This document shows positions 1 to 14,892 of a stretch of 64,000 bases of DNA, piece after piece. The stretch is taken from positions 1-64,000 of the forward strand of contig JAAOMT010000660.1 in the NCBI GenBank assembly GCA_016748015.1, given 5' to 3'. How positions within the stretch are numbered: the first letter of the stretch is position 1; the number at the start of each line of letters is the position of its first letter. Under the pieces are notes generated by a model. The model saw only the letters and a program-made list of their open reading frames with translations. It was not told the DNA's origin and searched no databases. This stretch comes from Geosiphon pyriformis uo1 (Eukaryota > Fungi > Glomeromycota). The position numbers were made by a program, and so were the translations under genes.

Positions 1-670
1 TTTTTGGCTCGTTTATCCTAAAATGGTTAATTCGATCAGTATGGGAAATAAAATTCACATCACTTAAACCATGAGACAAATAAGAGAACAATGTAAATGG
101 TCATAGCAGGGTCAGTCATGGGCGTCCATATTTATCTCGCTGCTGAAAAAATAAAAAATTAAATGGTCGCAGCATAAAAAAAATGGTGTCATATTTCATA
201 GCCGAAAAACACCTCCAAACATTAAAAGGTTTCAAATCAATTTTAGATATGATAATAGTAAACGATATTACTTAAGTAGAATAGATGTTTCTTCTTTCTT
301 TCTTCAATTACAGGGTCTGATCTAATGTTTGGAAGTATCAGTGTTTCAGCGTCACGCTGGCATTTCTGTCTTTTAGTTTTTTTTGCAATACTATTATATT
401 GTCAGCATCACATTACAAATTACGTATCAGGGTGAATGCGTAAAGAGCATATGATTTTCAGCCATCCTTTTAAAATCAGTTCTTGATATTTAATGATAAT
501 AATGAATTCTAAAACGGGCTTCCATAGATTTCATAAGATCTTGACAAAAAATCATTTACATATCACGAAAACCCGAAATTAATATGCCAACGCTTAAGGC
601 ATATTTATTTGAAATCAAAAAATTCAACAAAAGAAATGAAGTTTCATATTTATCTGCTATGTCAAAGAAC

Positions 671-711
<41 letters not shown>

Positions 712-1370
712 TTCATAGTGATGAAGATGAATCTCATGTAATACGGGACACGATCAGCAATTTGGTTACCATATTTACATGGCTGTTTGTTGATGGAAAC
801 CAAGTTCTCATGAGAGATCTATCTCTTTTAGGAGCAAAGCGGCCAAAATTAATTAGACAATGGTTTGCTTGTTTTTTAGCATGTTGTGGTAAAAATTAAG
901 TATGTTTTTTCTTGAGTTTGTAAAAATATTAAAGAGTTTAGTCTCTTTTCTTAAGTTTTTCTCATTCTTTTGATCCAATTTTCGATACCAAAACTCAAGA
1001 TCTTGTTGACTGTATTGATATTTCCCCCACATGCAAATTGGTTCATTTGATCGAAAAAAGTTACAATTTATTTTGAAAACGAGCAATAGCAAACATCAAA
1101 AAGTTGCCAGATCAAAGTGAAATAGAAAATAAAAATCATGATATTGTGCCTGAGCTTCAATTGAAAAAGATAACACAAATGAAAGGATTTTGAGAAAATT
1201 AAATTGAGACATTTCTGATGCTTTTTAGCTTATTCACAATAATATAAATTAGATTGGATCAATGAAAAAAAAATAGAAATATCAAGTGACTATTTTTAGT
1301 AAGGCGACAACAATAAGAGATTTGTGATATTTCTTCAGTGACAAAGGGAGAATTTCGGACAACAAAAATG
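1..1370 (-). repeat. Composite dispersed repeat copy, inverted relative to 10050-11418 and 14031-14872
   Basis: Near-identical reverse complement of the + copies (tatctcgctgctgaaaaa, agagatctatctcttttaggagcaaagcggcc, AAT tract). Includes the promoter/start fragment MLKNKQTIV* of the His-repeat gene family. Confidence 0.85.
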
Positions 1371-1950
1371 GCTAATGACGCATACATTCTCTCAAAGAAA
1401 AATAATAAGGATCATTTCTTTTATCACTTCCATTCATTTATTGCTTCTCTTCCTTTATAACTTCCTTTTCTTTATCGCTTTCCTTTCTTTATCGCTTCGC
1501 TTCTCTTCCTTCATTCCTTCTTTTTCTTCGTCCTTTCTTTCTTTTTTTTCCTTTTTTTTATCCTCTCTTCCCTTTCTTTCTTTCTCTCTCTCTCTCTTCG
1601 TTTCTATCCAAATTTTTTCAAGGTGAATCTCACTGAGAATTTTAATTGTCAAAAATCAAAAATTTAAAGAATTAAAGAACTAAGAATCAAAAAATTAAAT
1701 AATTCTGTTTTTTCAAATAATCTCGAGTACAAACTTTATGATGTGACAATACTCATAATTTTTTTTTGTAAACGACTTATTCGCAACAAAAGTCATTGAA
1801 ACCTTGAGAGCAATAAAGGTAATTATGAAAAGTTTTTATTGTTCTTTTATTTATGTAATTTTATTTTAGTTTATTATTAGATTAAAAGTTTTTATTAATA
1901 AATAAAATCTTTGAAATTTTTTTAAAATTCAAAGTCGTTTTATAATTTAA
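1313..1950 (+). repeat. Segment with a CT-rich tract, directly repeated at about 32371-33040
   Basis: ataagagatttgtgatatttcttcagtgac... and the same 81-83 aa low-complexity ORF appear at both places. Confidence 0.8.
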
Positions 1951-2069
1951 GAGATATAATTATGTGACTATTAAGCATTATATTAATTAGAATCGATTAA
2001 AATATTATTTATTTCTTAAAACAAAAAAAATAATTACTTATTATCGAAATTATTAAGATATTATTATAA

Positions 2070-2296
2070 TTTTGACGAATCATTCACCACCATTTTGAGT
2101 TTCTTTTTTTGATGAATCATCACCCATTTTTTCCTTGCTTTAAATCTTTTATACCAAAAACAGATTATCTGGAAAAATTTTCTGACGCGAAAACTGTCCA
2201 GACGTCATTCAATCCGATGGTTGTATCAAAAGCTCCAGTGGATGTAAGCGTTTTTTTGTCTCGAGCTTCTCAATTTAAATTTAAATTTCTAATTAT
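2070..2296 (+). pseudogene. Duplicated intron1-exon2-intron2 fragment of the cupredoxin gene
   Basis: aacag|attatctggaaa...agctccagtggat|gtaagcg matches the reverse complement of about 21520-21755, including both splice sites. The exon copy has indels. Confidence 0.8.
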
Positions 2297-2730
2297 ATTG
2301 AAAAAAATTGTTTTTTAATATTTGCTAATAAAACAAAAGTTACCAAGAAAATTTAAAAATTTCATTAAAATTCAACCTTTATCTTGCCAATTGTTTAAAA
2401 ATTTTGCAATTCTAACATAATTTGCATTTAGAATTTTTTTATTGGTTTTTGAGATTATTCATTAAACTTGTTTTTTTTTGGTGCAATTAAGTTTAGTATT
2501 ACATGTATTACACATTATTGATTACATCTTAGAATTTTATAATTTTATTGGCAAAATAATGATAATTTTCATATTAAATAATATATCTTGACTCTTTAAA
2601 TCTCAGGAATTATTAGATTTCATAAGTAAAATTTCAATTGAATTTCAAATCATACGAAATTATGGATCCTTTTCTAGATTTTTTATAGAAATAAACTCAA
2701 ACCTCAAAGTTTTCTTCAAGGTTATTCTCG

Positions 2731-4521
2731 TCATTTTTTATGTCTGTTTGGGTTACAATCACCCATCAATGTTCCAAAATATGGTCCTCTATGTGCATCA
2801 GATTTCAAGTTGGAACGAGTTGTTGATGAACAGCTCTATTCGGAAAAGACAGGGAATTTATTTTTTAATATATATAAAAAAAGAATCATATTCGAACTTA
2901 CAAAGGACATTACGCCATCAATAGCAAGGCATCGATAATTTTGTTTTGGTGTTAACCAAATTTCTCGGCCGGCGTGATACCGACTTAATGGAATGTGAAT
3001 TGTTTCATCATTTTGATTTGTCACACGGTCATAAATTGGCAAGAAAATCAATGTCCACCTAGCGAAGATTAGATTTCCGATTGGTGGTTGACCAAAGGTA
3101 ATTACTCGAACATGTGGATTTTGATATTTTTTCCTTAAAGCAAGGCCTGTTAAAAATGCGTAAACTGTGAAAGAGAGGAGAAATTGATAAGAACTATGAT
3201 TCATGATAAAAATTTCTAATTTTCAAGTGCAATCTATACAATAACAAGATTTCAGTTTACCACCCCCTGAATCGAATCCAATTAAAACTACTGTTTTCAT
3301 AGATATTCTTAATTTAAAAAAATCTTGAATTGCTGGTTCGGCTTTTTGAAATATTTCCACATATTTTTTGTCACATTTTGAGCCCTGGGTTAAGGCATAA
3401 GGGCATTCTATTAATTTAAAATCAAAGTTATCCACCTTGTTCTTTGCCGGTAGAGTGCCTTGGAAACTGATCCAAGCGACTTTACTGTTTTCTTCATTTA
3501 CCAAAACTAAATTCAGCATTACAAAAATGACGTCAGTTGGCAAATAAAATAAATAAGGTCATAATTTTCTCCTAATTAAATTAATACCTCGAATATCTTT
3601 GGAAATCTGTACTTTTTCCGGATGGTCACAGTAAACATCATTTGCATAGCGAGCCGCCTTTGTCCAAAATGGTTTTTCCCAATTTCCCAAAATTTTTCTC
3701 TCTTGAAGATCGATTGCTTCTAAAGAACTTTTATCGGCTTTGATCAATATAGTTTTTCTCGCTAGTTGTTGTTCAGAATGTTTGTCTTTTGAATTAACTA
3801 ATTCAGATTCCTTTATTTGGGCGCTACCTTTTTCGAAATATTTTGTAAAATTTGTATCATCTTCTAAGATAGGATTTAAGAGTGATGAATCTAATACATC
3901 CCCAATTTCTAGGGTTGATGGCAAGTTGATAAAGTTTTCTTCTATTTGATTATTTCCCGTTAAGTTTTTATTATTTTTAGGATAAAATTCAAATTCTTCT
4001 GAATTTATCTGCTCGACCTTTTGATCAATAAAGTTTTTCTGATCCTCTTCTGGAAAGTCGGATAAATTGTCAATCGTAAGAAGTGGTTGAATTTCGTTCG
4101 TTATTTTTGACAGTTCACAAAAATCATTACAGCCTGATCCTTCATTATTTGCAATTCTCGATGATTGCAAATAGTCAGGTTCTTCATCGATCAGAGATTT
4201 TTTTATCTTCGTTTTGTATTCAAATTTTTTGCCCGATACTGAAATAATCTCATCCATAATTCTATTGAATTTGGAATCCTTCAAGAAATCACTTTTTCCT
4301 CTATAGGTCACGTTCATCTCTTGGCTTTTGCTTTGCAATTTTATTTTCCTTGCTTCCACACTTATTTCAGTAACTTTAAAAAAGAAAACCGCCATAAATA
4401 GTATAAAAAAGAAAACAAAAATATGATGTTGAAATAATTGTCTTTGTCGTTTTTGTGACTTATGATCAAATTGGCTTGTTTCTGGGATTTCGCTTGGAAG
4501 AATCGCAGCTTTTCTTCTCAT
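2731..4521 (-). CDS. Class-3 lipase-fold protein 1 (about 515 aa) with a long acidic N-terminal extension and non-canonical elbow GFDSGG
   Basis: Exons 4521-3588, 3506-3261, 3164-2902 and 2835-2731, all GT-AG and in frame. Motifs RYANDVYC, ISFQGT, IGFDSGGVYA, TFGQPPIGN, RVTNQND, HAGREIW, AHRGPYFG. Hydrophobic segment at about aa 34-49. Confidence 0.88.
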
Positions 4522-6779
4522 TATAAAATAATTATAACCTTTAGGAAAACTATAGTTTGGATAATTTTATAACAAAAATTGTAAAAGATAGCCACGCGTT
4601 TATTAACACATTCATTATCTTCCGAAGAATAACAAAAACCCGTATTATTGATAATTATCAGCAGGGGATTTTATGTTGATAATGAATGATTCCCTGAGGA
4701 ACTACAATGATTTGTGATAATAAAGGTTTCTATAATTGATCGTTCAATGGTGTTCCACTTGAAATTTATTTTATCCTTATAGTTGCTCGGACATTGCAGA
4801 ATTTTGTTAGGTAGAAAAATAAAAGCATGCCTTTAAATATTTACAAAATATTTACCGTTAATCTTGGAACTTTAAAGACGGAGAATTTTTATTCAGAAAT
4901 AATAGAGGCAATCACAAATTTACCATGAATAGATCAATCGCATTCTTGATTTTTATTAAATTTCTTGTCTTGAATATAAAACATATCTTTTTAAAATTTA
5001 ACAATATCAAGTAATAAAAATTGTTTGGTAAAATCAATTCGGTTTTTACTAAAGGGCATATCAATTCATTTTTACAAAATATTGAATTGAATTTGGCAAT
5101 TTTCAATTTGTTAATATAAATTAATTTGCATAAGAGACTTCATATCAAATTTTATTGTGATATTTTACATAAATTTTTTGAATTGTTTGATTGATAAAAC
5201 TTGATTATTTGAGAATTCCCCAAATGCTTCTTAATCAAAGTAAGTAATTTGATGATATTTAAAAGATTTTTTTTTAAAATTTGTTATTTATAAATTTTTT
5301 GAGAGCATTATTGTTAAAACCAAAAGATCAATCTTATTTCTCAAGAAATATTTTCATCTAATCTAATTTTATTTTCAAGATTACAGAATTTTGTCAAACT
5401 ACCTTTTAGCCAAAAATTATCCACTTATTATACCATCCAGTACAGAAAAAATATATTTTTGATAATCTTAACTTAAGCTAAATAGTTTACTTAGTAGAAA
5501 ACTTTTTCATCATTATAAATTTTTATAGAATTAATATTTCCATTTTTTAAAAGTTAACAAATTCTATCACTATGAAAAACCCAGCAATAGATCCGAATAT
5601 TTCTGATCGATCCCAACCCGGGAAAATTAATCTTACCATTTGGTTTGATCATCCATCACAATATACATGTAGTTTATTCCNNNNNNNNNNNNNNNNNNNN
5701 NNNNNNNNNNNNNNNNNNNNNNNNNNNNNNNNNNNNNNNNNNNNNNNNNNNNNNNNNNNNNNNNNNNNNNNNNNNNNNNNNNNNNNNNNNNNNNNNNNNN
5801 NNNNNNNNNNNNNNNNNNNNNNNNNNNNNNNNNNNNNNNNNNNNNNNNNNNNNNNNNNNNNNNNNNNNNNNNNNNNNNNNNNNNNNNNNNNNNNNNNNNN
5901 NNNNNNNNNNNNNNNNNNNNNNNNNNNNNNNNNNNNNNNNNNNNNNNNNNNNNNNNNNNNNNNNNNNNNNNNNNNNNNNNNNNNNNNNNNNNNNNNNNNN
6001 NNNNNNNNNNNNNNNNNNNNNNNNNNNNNNNNNNNNNNNNNNNNNNNNNNNNNNNNNNNNNNNNNNNNNNNNNNNNNNNNNNNNNNNNNNNNNNNNNNNN
6101 NNNNNNNNNNNNNNNNNNNNNNNNNNNNNNNNNNNNNNNNNNNNNNNNNNNNNNNNNNNNNNNNNNNNNNNNNNNNNNNNNNNNNNNNNNNNNNNNNNNN
6201 NNNNNNNNNNNNNNNNNNNNNNNNNNNNNNNNNNNNNNNNNNNNNNNNNNNNNNNNNNNNNNNNNNNNNNNNNNNNNNNNNNNNNNNNNNNNNNNNNNNN
6301 NNNNNNNNNNNNNNNNNNNNNNNNNNNNNNNNNNNNNNNNNNNNNNNNNNNNNNNNNNNNNNNNNNNNNNNNNNNNNNNNNNNNNNNNNNNNNNNNNNNN
6401 NNNNNNNNNNNNNNNNNNNNNNNNNNNNNNNNNNNNNNNNNNNNNNNNNNNNNNNNNNNNNNNNNNNNNNNNNNNNNNNNNNNNNNNNNNNNNNNNNNNN
6501 NNNNNNTTTCACATACTCTAAACATAATTTAGATGCGCAATAAGATTATATTAATCACTAATTGATTGTTATTAAAATTTTGTTTTTAACTCCAACAAAT
6601 GGAACAAAAATAGTTCCTTTAGCTTATCTTTCAAATTTTTTTGATTCGTAAAAATAATCTAGAATTTTGAATCTTTACGCGGCTGAAAACTATAAATTTG
6701 TGAAATTTATCAATGAGGGCTGTTTCATTCAATTCAAAACTAAAGATATAAATCACTTTAAAAAAAAACTTTCTTCACA

Positions 6780-8295
6780 ATGCTTTATCAAAGAAAGCAT
6801 CAAACTAAAAATCACTTTCAAAAAGTTAACGGGCAAAATATTTTTCTATCATTTTTCATTGTTTTTTTCTTAAATTCAATTGTACATGCAAACCCAATAT
6901 CCACCACAAGTATTACTAAAAGAGAGGATTTATTTGGATCAATTCCTTCGAATGATAATATCAATTTAAACTTGGATCCTTTTTCCATATCTAGTAATCC
7001 TTTTTTAGATGATAATAATAACAACCAAAATACTAACACATTAGATGGAATCCCTAGTTCACAAGAGATAGGTGATTTGCCACTTTTGTCATTTATAACT
7101 AATAGTGAAACATTACCAAATAATTTTCAATTACCTAAAGAGGAACTAGCTTCAAATAATTACTTCGACAATACAAGTCCTCTTACAAGTCAAAATATTG
7201 AAAATTATAAAACACTATTTGCTAACGCTGGCTCAAATCAAGGAATTAAGAAAGAATTTAATGAGATAGATAGTGAGAAAATCGAATTATATGGACTCTC
7301 TGCACAACGTATTTATTGTAGTATACCTTTAGAAGCCGAAGATATTATATATTCTTCCGATGGAATTCAAGGTACCCGGATTGAATATTGAAATTTTTTA
7401 GCTTTTTTAACTAATATATGTATTAATTGAAATATTTATTCTTTAGTAATGGCAGAAAAAGATGCAGCAAACTCGGAAATAATTATTAGTTTCCGTGGTA
7501 TCACACGAGCGACTAACATCATTAGTGATATCACACTAACTAATTACCCTTATGATGAATCTTCAAAAGTTCATCAAGGATTTTTGAAGATTTTTCAAAA
7601 AAATGAAAAAGCATTGATTAATCAGGTGTTAACGATGATAAATGATAATCACCCTCTTACTTTAACTATGACTGGGTTTGATTCTGGTGGTGGTATGTAA
7701 AATATTTTTCAAAGAGAAAAAAGTATTTTTATTTAAATTAATACCCTCTTTAATTGAATAATAGAAGCCAAAATAACTTTTTATAATTTATTTCTTATTA
7801 GTATATGCAATCTTTACAGCTTTAGCCTTGAAATTGCAAGGCAATTCATTTCAATTCAAAGATATTAACCTGTACACATTTGGACAACCTCGTATCGGTG
7901 ATAAAGCTTTTGCACAGCTTGTGAAAGAAAAACTAATTGTACGACGAGTTATTTATAACAATGACCTTATTCCACATAAACCTCAAATAGCTCAAGGATA
8001 TCTACACTTTGACACAGAGTATTGGATTAAGCCTCTTGGTCTTGCTAAATTTCAAACTTTTACATGTGAAGGAATAAAAGACCAATCTGGAAAATATCTA
8101 GGTGAAAATCCGGTAAGTTTTAAGTAAATGAGGAAAGAATCATTTGCATATCTTCCAATTTGATAAAAAAATTATAATTAATTATGTTCATTATTTTAGC
8201 AATGTTCAAATTCTGTACAAAAATTGGCATTGATCGCACATGAAGGTCCATATTGGTTCCTAAACTTTAATAACTGTAAAAAAGATTTTTATTAA
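6780..8295 (+). CDS. Secreted class-3 lipase-fold protein 2 (about 414 aa), elbow GFDSGG
   Basis: Exons 6780-7371, 7447-7692, 7802-8112 and 8200-8295. Signal peptide (VHA|NPI) then TKR. Motifs ISFRGI, KVHQGF, TGFDSGGVYA, YTFGQPRIGD, RVIYNNDLIPHKP, HFDTEYW, AHEGPYW. Confidence 0.92.
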
Positions 8296-10049
8296 CTATA
8301 ATACCCAATACCATGCTTTTTATCTTTATATATATTTTTTATAGCTATTACATGTCATAATTTTTATATTTTTTGTAAAATCTTTAAAGGAATTAAAGTT
8401 AGTCTTTTCAATAAGTTTTTAAGATTTTCTGAANNNNNNNNNNNNNNNNNNNNCCTTGATACCTTTATCCCTTCAATTTCTCCATCTCTCGGATTTTACT
8501 AATAGTCTAAATCACATCAAATTGGTTATATAGAGANNNNNNNNNNNNNNNNNNNNNNNNNNNNNNNNNNNNNNNNNNNNNNNNNNNNNNNNNNNNNNNN
8601 NNNNNNNNNNNNNNNNNNNNNNNNNNNNNNNNNNNNNNNNNNNNNNNNNNNNNNNNNNNNNNNNNNNNNNNNNNNNNNNNNNNNNNNNNNNNNNNNNNNN
8701 NNNNNNNNNNNNNNNNNNNNNNNNNNNNNNNNNNNNNNNNNNNNNNNNNNNNNNNNNNNNNNNNNNNNNNNNNNNNNNNNNNNNNNNNNNNNNNNNNNNN
8801 NNNNNNNNNNNNNNNNNNNNNNNNNNNNNNNNNNNNNNNNNNNNNNNNNNNNNNNNNNNNNNNNNNNNNNNNNNNNNNNNNNNNNNNNNNNNNNNNNNNN
8901 NNNNNNNNNNNNNNNNNNNNNNNNNNNNNNNNNNNNNNNNNNNNNNNNNNNNNNNNNNNNNNNNNNNNNNNNNNNNNNNNNNNNNNNNNNNNNNNNNNNN
9001 NNNNNNNNNTTAATAGGCTAAAAAGAAATTTTAATACTATTAATAGTAAAAACTATCTATCTTAAAACAAGAAATTAGTTAATAAAAAAGTTTTATCTAT
9101 TATACTAAGTTATAATTAATATAATTTTTCTATATAATTTATTTCTAAAAAATAACTGAAAACAAACATATTTTTCTTTTTTTCAATAAAAATAAATTAT
9201 ATTTCTTAATATTTAAAAAAAATTAAGATGTTATTTAAACCACTATATATTAAAAACTTATAATTTAAGAATAACTAATAATAAAGTTCTAAATATTGTA
9301 CATGATTTTTCATAATTATTTTATTGCAAATAAGTTATTTTCAAAAAATTATATGAATATTGTTATAATATAAAGTATGTATTTAAGATTATTTAAAAAA
9401 AATGCACAATATTCTAAATAAAAAGTTAAATATGACAAGTGCAAAATAATTATAAAGCTAATTTATTTACACAATTAAGCAACTACTATTAATTGGCTAA
9501 AAAATCATCACAAAATCCTTTCAAAAAAAAATTTTGTTAACAAATATAATACTCAATAAGACTCATTTTGGAAAAAGTTGGATAAAAATTAAAAAAAGAA
9601 CAAAAGCAAAAAAAAAGAAAAAAAAAAGAAATAATAAAAAAAGAAAAGAAGCAATAAAAAAAGATAAAAAAAATAAACAAGAGAACTATTTTGCACATAT
9701 TAAATTTATTACTAAAAAAATTTTCAAATTATTAAGTTATTTATTATAAATTGGCTCCTCTTTATGATGATTTAATTTAATAACAGCAATTTAATTTAAT
9801 TGAAAAATTAAATTTTTTTAATGTTTTATTAATTACAAGATCTTTAATTATTATTATTAGTTACTAATTTTTTTAAATACCAAGAAAAAAAGAAAATGTC
9901 TATCAAGATCTGTCTTACATTAGCAGTATCAAGTTAAATTCTTGAACAAATATTGTTTATAAAACTACATAAGCATAAAGTATAAACTCTGAGCTCTTAA
10001 AAATTTTCCAAGTTAGGAATTTTTTTTATTTGTGTTTTGCTATTTGCTT

Positions 10050-11418
10050 TTCTTGTTATTTGTATCTTTATTATTTTTTGAGAGAATGTTTATGTCATTG
10101 GCCATTTTTATTGTCAAAATTCTCTCTTTGTCACTGAAAAATATCACAAATCCCTTATTGTTGTCGTCTTACTAAAAATAGCCACTTGATATTTCTGCTT
10201 TTTTTTCATTGATCCAATCAAATTTTTATTATTGTAAATAAGTTAAAAAGCATCAGAAATGTTTCAATTAAAATTTTTTCAGAATTCTTTCATTTGTTTT
10301 ATCTTTTTCAATTAAAGTTCAGACACAAAATCATGATTTTTATTTTCTATTTCACTTTGATCTGGCAACTTTTTGATGTTTGCTATTGCTCGTTTTCAAA
10401 ATAAATTGCAACTTTTTTCGATCAAATGAACTAATTTGCAAGTGGGGAAAATATCAATACAGTCAACAAGATCTTGAATTTTGGTATCGAAAATTGGATC
10501 AAAAGAGTGAGAAAAACTTATGAAAAGAGACTAGACTCTTTAATATTTTTACAAACTCAAGTAAAAACATACTCTCTGTTAAAAAATTTGCATCTTCTCA
10601 TTTTTATATTAATTAATTTTTACCACAACATGCTAAAAAACAAGCAAACCATTGTCTAATTAATTTTGGCCGCTTTGCTCCTAAAAGAGATAGATCTCTC
10701 ATGAGAACTTGGCTTCCATCAACAAACAGCCATGTAAATATGGTAACCAAATTGCTGATCGTGTCCCGTATTACATGAGATTCATCTTCATCACTATTAT
10801 TATTATTATTATTATATTATATGTTCTTTGACATAGCAGATAAATATGAAACTTCATTTCTTTTGTTGAATTTTTTGATTTCAAATAAATATGCCTTAAG
10901 CGTTGGCATATTAATTTCGGGTTTTCGTGATATGTAAATGATTTTTTGTCAAGATCTTATGAAATCTATGGAAGCCCGTATTTGAATTCATTATTATCAT
11001 TAAATATCAAGAACTGATTTTAAAAGGATGGCTGAAAATCATATGCTCTTTACGCATTCACCCTGATACGTAATTTGTAATGTGATGCTGACAATATAAT
11101 AGTATTGCAAAAAAAACTAAAAGTCAGAAATGCCAGCGTGATGCTGAAACACTGATACTTCCAAACATTAGATCAGACCTTGTAATTAAAGAAAGAAAGA
11201 AGAAACATCTATTCTACTTAAGTAATATCGTTTATTATTATCATATATAAAATTGATTTGAAACCTTTTAATGTTTGGAGGTGTTTTTCGGCTATGAAAT
11301 ATGACACCATTTTTTTTATGCTGCGACCATTTTTTCAGCAGCGAGATAAATATGGACGCCCATGACTGACCCTGCTATGACCATTTACATTGTTCTCTTA
11401 TTTGTCTCATGGTTTAAG
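10050..11418 (+). repeat. Composite repeat copy: His-repeat/DPBB locus-derived segment plus a downstream block
   Basis: Collinear with 19300-20670 apart from internal deletions. Reverse complement of 1-1370. Confidence 0.85.
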
Positions 11419-11438
11419 NNNNNNNNNNNNNNNNNNNN

Positions 11439-12170
11439 AATAACCAGTATGAAAATACTGGTGTCCACTAACTCACTTACATAAACAGGACGAAACTACC
11501 GGCGTCCGCCAACTTACGAACATAACCAGGACAAAATTACCGGTGTCCACCAACTCACGAGCATAACCAGGATGAAATTACTGACGTCTACATACTCACG
11601 AACATAAACACCAATAACCAGTATGAAAATACTGGTGTCCACTAACTCACTTACATAAATACTAATAACCAGTATGAAAATACTGGTGTCCACTAACTCA
11701 CTTACATAAACAGGACGAAACTACCTGCGTCCACCAACTCACAAACATAACCAGGACAAAATTACCGGCGCTCACCAACTCACGAACATAAACACCTATA
11801 ACCAGGATGAAATTACCGGCGCTCACCAACTCACGAACATAAACACCTATAACCAGGACGAAATTACCGGCGTTCACCAACTCACGAACATAAACACCTA
11901 TAACAAGGACAAAATTACCAGCGTCCATCAACTCACGAACATAAACACCTATAACCAGGACGAAATTACCGGCGTCCACCAACTCACGAACATAAACACC
12001 GATAACCAGGACGAAATTACCGGCGTTCACCAACTCACGAACATAACCAGGACAAAATTACCGGCGTCCACCAACTCACGAACATAAACACATATAACAA
12101 GGACGAAATTACCGGCGTTCACCAACTCACGAACATAAACACCGATAACCGGTACAAAGAAACACCAACA
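11439..12170. repeat. Minisatellite array of 51-bp and 41-bp units
   Basis: Tandem accaactcacgaacataaacacctataaccaggacgaaattaccggcgtcc with variants. Confidence 0.95.
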
Positions 12171-12391
12171 ACTCAACAATATCGAATAAACGAATAAACG
12201 AATAACGAAAATGGAATAAAACATTGATCACCAAATAACTGAAATTAAATTTCAGGGTTAGGTGGTGAGGAATTGATGATTGTTAGTCTGTTATCCATGC
12301 CTTTTGCGGGAGTGGGTGGGGATAGTTTAGATGTAAGAGGGCATAATCCAGCGTGGTTACCGAGGCATTTGNNNNNNNNNNNNNNNNNNNN

Positions 12392-14010
12392 TAAAATTGA
12401 TTTGAAACCTTTTAATGTTTGGAGGTGTTTTTCGGCTATGAAATATGACACCATTTTTTTTATGCTGCGACCATTTAATTTTTTATTTTTTCAGCAGCGA
12501 GATAAATATGGACGCCCATGACTGACCCTGCTATGACCATTTACATTGTTCTCTTATTTGTCTCATGGTTTAAGTGATGTGAATTTTATTTCCCATACTG
12601 ATCGAATTAACCATTTTAGGATAAACGAGCCAAAAAGAAAGTCATGAGGATCTGCATAGTATTATTTTCGAAATATGAAAACACGTTTAATGATGACATA
12701 GTAAAAACTCTGGAGGTTATCTTCAAATCAATTATACTAAAAAGTCTAGTTACTCCCACCCTTGTATTCATGTATTCGTGTGAAATACAAACGCGTAGGT
12801 TTTAATAAACAATCTAATGTCAAAATCAACAAATTAGAGGCAATTTAATATATAAAGAGGTGTTCTTTGCCATTCAAGCAAATTTTATCCTATATAGGAC
12901 TAATACTATCAAGGAGAAAGGTAATATTGTTATGTTTAATGTGATTTACTCTTGCCATTTGCTTATTTAGGGCGAACCCACTATCGGCTCCTAATGACAA
13001 ATTACTGGCGTCCACCAACTCATGAACATAAACACCAATAACCAGTATGAAAATACTGGTGTCCACTAACTCACTTACATAAACAGGACGAAACTATCGG
13101 CGCCCACCAACTCACGAACATAAACACCAATAACCAGTATGAAAATACTGGTGTCCACTAACTCACTTACATAAATACTAATAACCAGTATGAAAATACT
13201 GGTGTCCACTAACTCACTTACATAAACAGGACGAAACTACCGGCGTCCGCCAACTTACGAACATAACCAGGACAAAATTACCGGTGTCCACCAACTCACG
13301 AGCATAACCAGGATGAAATTACTGACGTCTACATACTCACGAACATAAACACCAATAACCAGTATGAAAATACTGGTGTCCACTAACTCACTTACATAAA
13401 TACTAATAACCAGTATGAAAATACTGGTGTCCACTAACTCACTTACATAAACAGGACGAAACTACCTGCGTCCACCAACTCACAAACATAACCAGGACAA
13501 AATTACCGGCGCTCACCAACTCACGAACATAAACACCTATAACCAGGACGGAATTACCGGCGTTCACCAACTCACGAACATAAACACCTATAACAAGGAC
13601 AAAATTACCAGCGTCCATCAACTCACGAACATAAACACCTATAACCAGGACGAAATTACCGGCGTCCACCAACTCACGAACATAACCAGGACGAAATTAC
13701 CGGCGTTCACCAACTCACGAACATAACCAGGACAAAATTACCGGCGTCCACCAACTCACGAACATAAACACCTATAACAAGGACGAAATTACCGGCGTTC
13801 ACCAACTCACGAACATAAACACCTATAACCGGTACAAAGAAACACCAACAACTCAACAATATCGAATAAACGAATAAACGAATAACGAAAATGGAATAAA
13901 ACATTGATCACCAAATAACTGAAATTAAATTTCAGGGTTAGGTGGTGAGGAATTGATGATTGTTAGTCTGTTATCCATGCCTTTTGCGGGAGTGGGTGGG
14001 GATAGTTTAG
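12392..14010 (+). repeat. Composite repeat copy containing the minisatellite array at about 12995-13850
   Basis: Same flanks as 16860-18400 (gggcgaacccactatcggctcctaatgac ... tttcagggttaggtggtgagg). Confidence 0.9.
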
Positions 14011-14030
14011 NNNNNNNNNNNNNNNNNNNN

Positions 14031-14317
14031 AAAAACTTATGAAAAGAGACTAAACTCTTTAATATTTTTACAAACTCAAGAAAAAACATACTCTCTGTCA
14101 AAAAATTTGCATCTTCTCATTTTTATCTTAATTAATTTTTACCACAACATGCTAAAAAACAAGCGAACCATTGTCTAATTAATTTTGGCCGCTTTGCTCC
14201 TAAAAGAGATAAATCTCTCATGAGAACTTGGTTTCCATCAACAAACAGCCATGTAAATATGGTAACCAAATTGCTGATCGTGTCCCGTATTACATGAGAT
14301 TCATCTTCATCACTATG

Positions 14318-14357
<40 letters not shown>

Positions 14358-14872
14358 TATATGTTCTTTGCAAAGCAGATAAATATGAAACTTCATTTCT
14401 TATGTTGGATTTTTTGATTTTGAATAAATATGCCTTAAGCGTTGGCATATTAATTTCGGGTTTTCGTGATATGTAAATGATTTTTTGTCAAGATCTTATG
14501 AAATCTATGGAAGCCCGTTTTAGAATTCATTATTATCATTAAATATCAAGAACTGATTTTAAAAGGATGGCTGAAAATCATATGCTCTTTACGCATTCAC
14601 CCTGATACATAATTTGTAATGTGATGCTGACAATATAATAGTATTGCAAAAAAAAACTAAAAGAGAGAAATGCCAGCGTGATGCTGAAACACTGATACTT
14701 CCAAACATTAGATCAGACCTTGTAATTAAAGAAAGAAAGAAGAAACATCTATTCTACTTAAGTAATATCGTTTATTATTATCATATATAAAATTGATTTG
14801 AAACCTTTTAATGTTTGGAGGTGTTTTTCGGCTATGAAATATGACACCATTTTTTTTATGCTGCGACCATTT
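14031..14872 (+). repeat. Composite repeat copy, bounded by gaps
   Basis: Near-identical to 10512-11332. Confidence 0.9.
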
Positions 14873-14892
14873 NNNNNNNNNNNNNNNNNNNN

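Noticed and set aside
1375-1652. Phe/Ser-rich and Lys/Glu-rich ORFs (also 9534-9749 and 32433-32678)
   Set aside because: They are translations of CT-rich or A-rich low-complexity tracts.
5572-6543. Long ORFs spanning N-gaps (also 16036-16521, 30834-31239 and 58384-59283)
   Set aside because: They are open only because N runs contain no stop codons.
11698-13904. Hydrophobic repeat ORFs (VNAGNFVLVIGVYVREL)n as proteins
   Set aside because: They are by-products of the 51-bp unit. The 41-bp units break the frame and the starts are mostly non-ATG.
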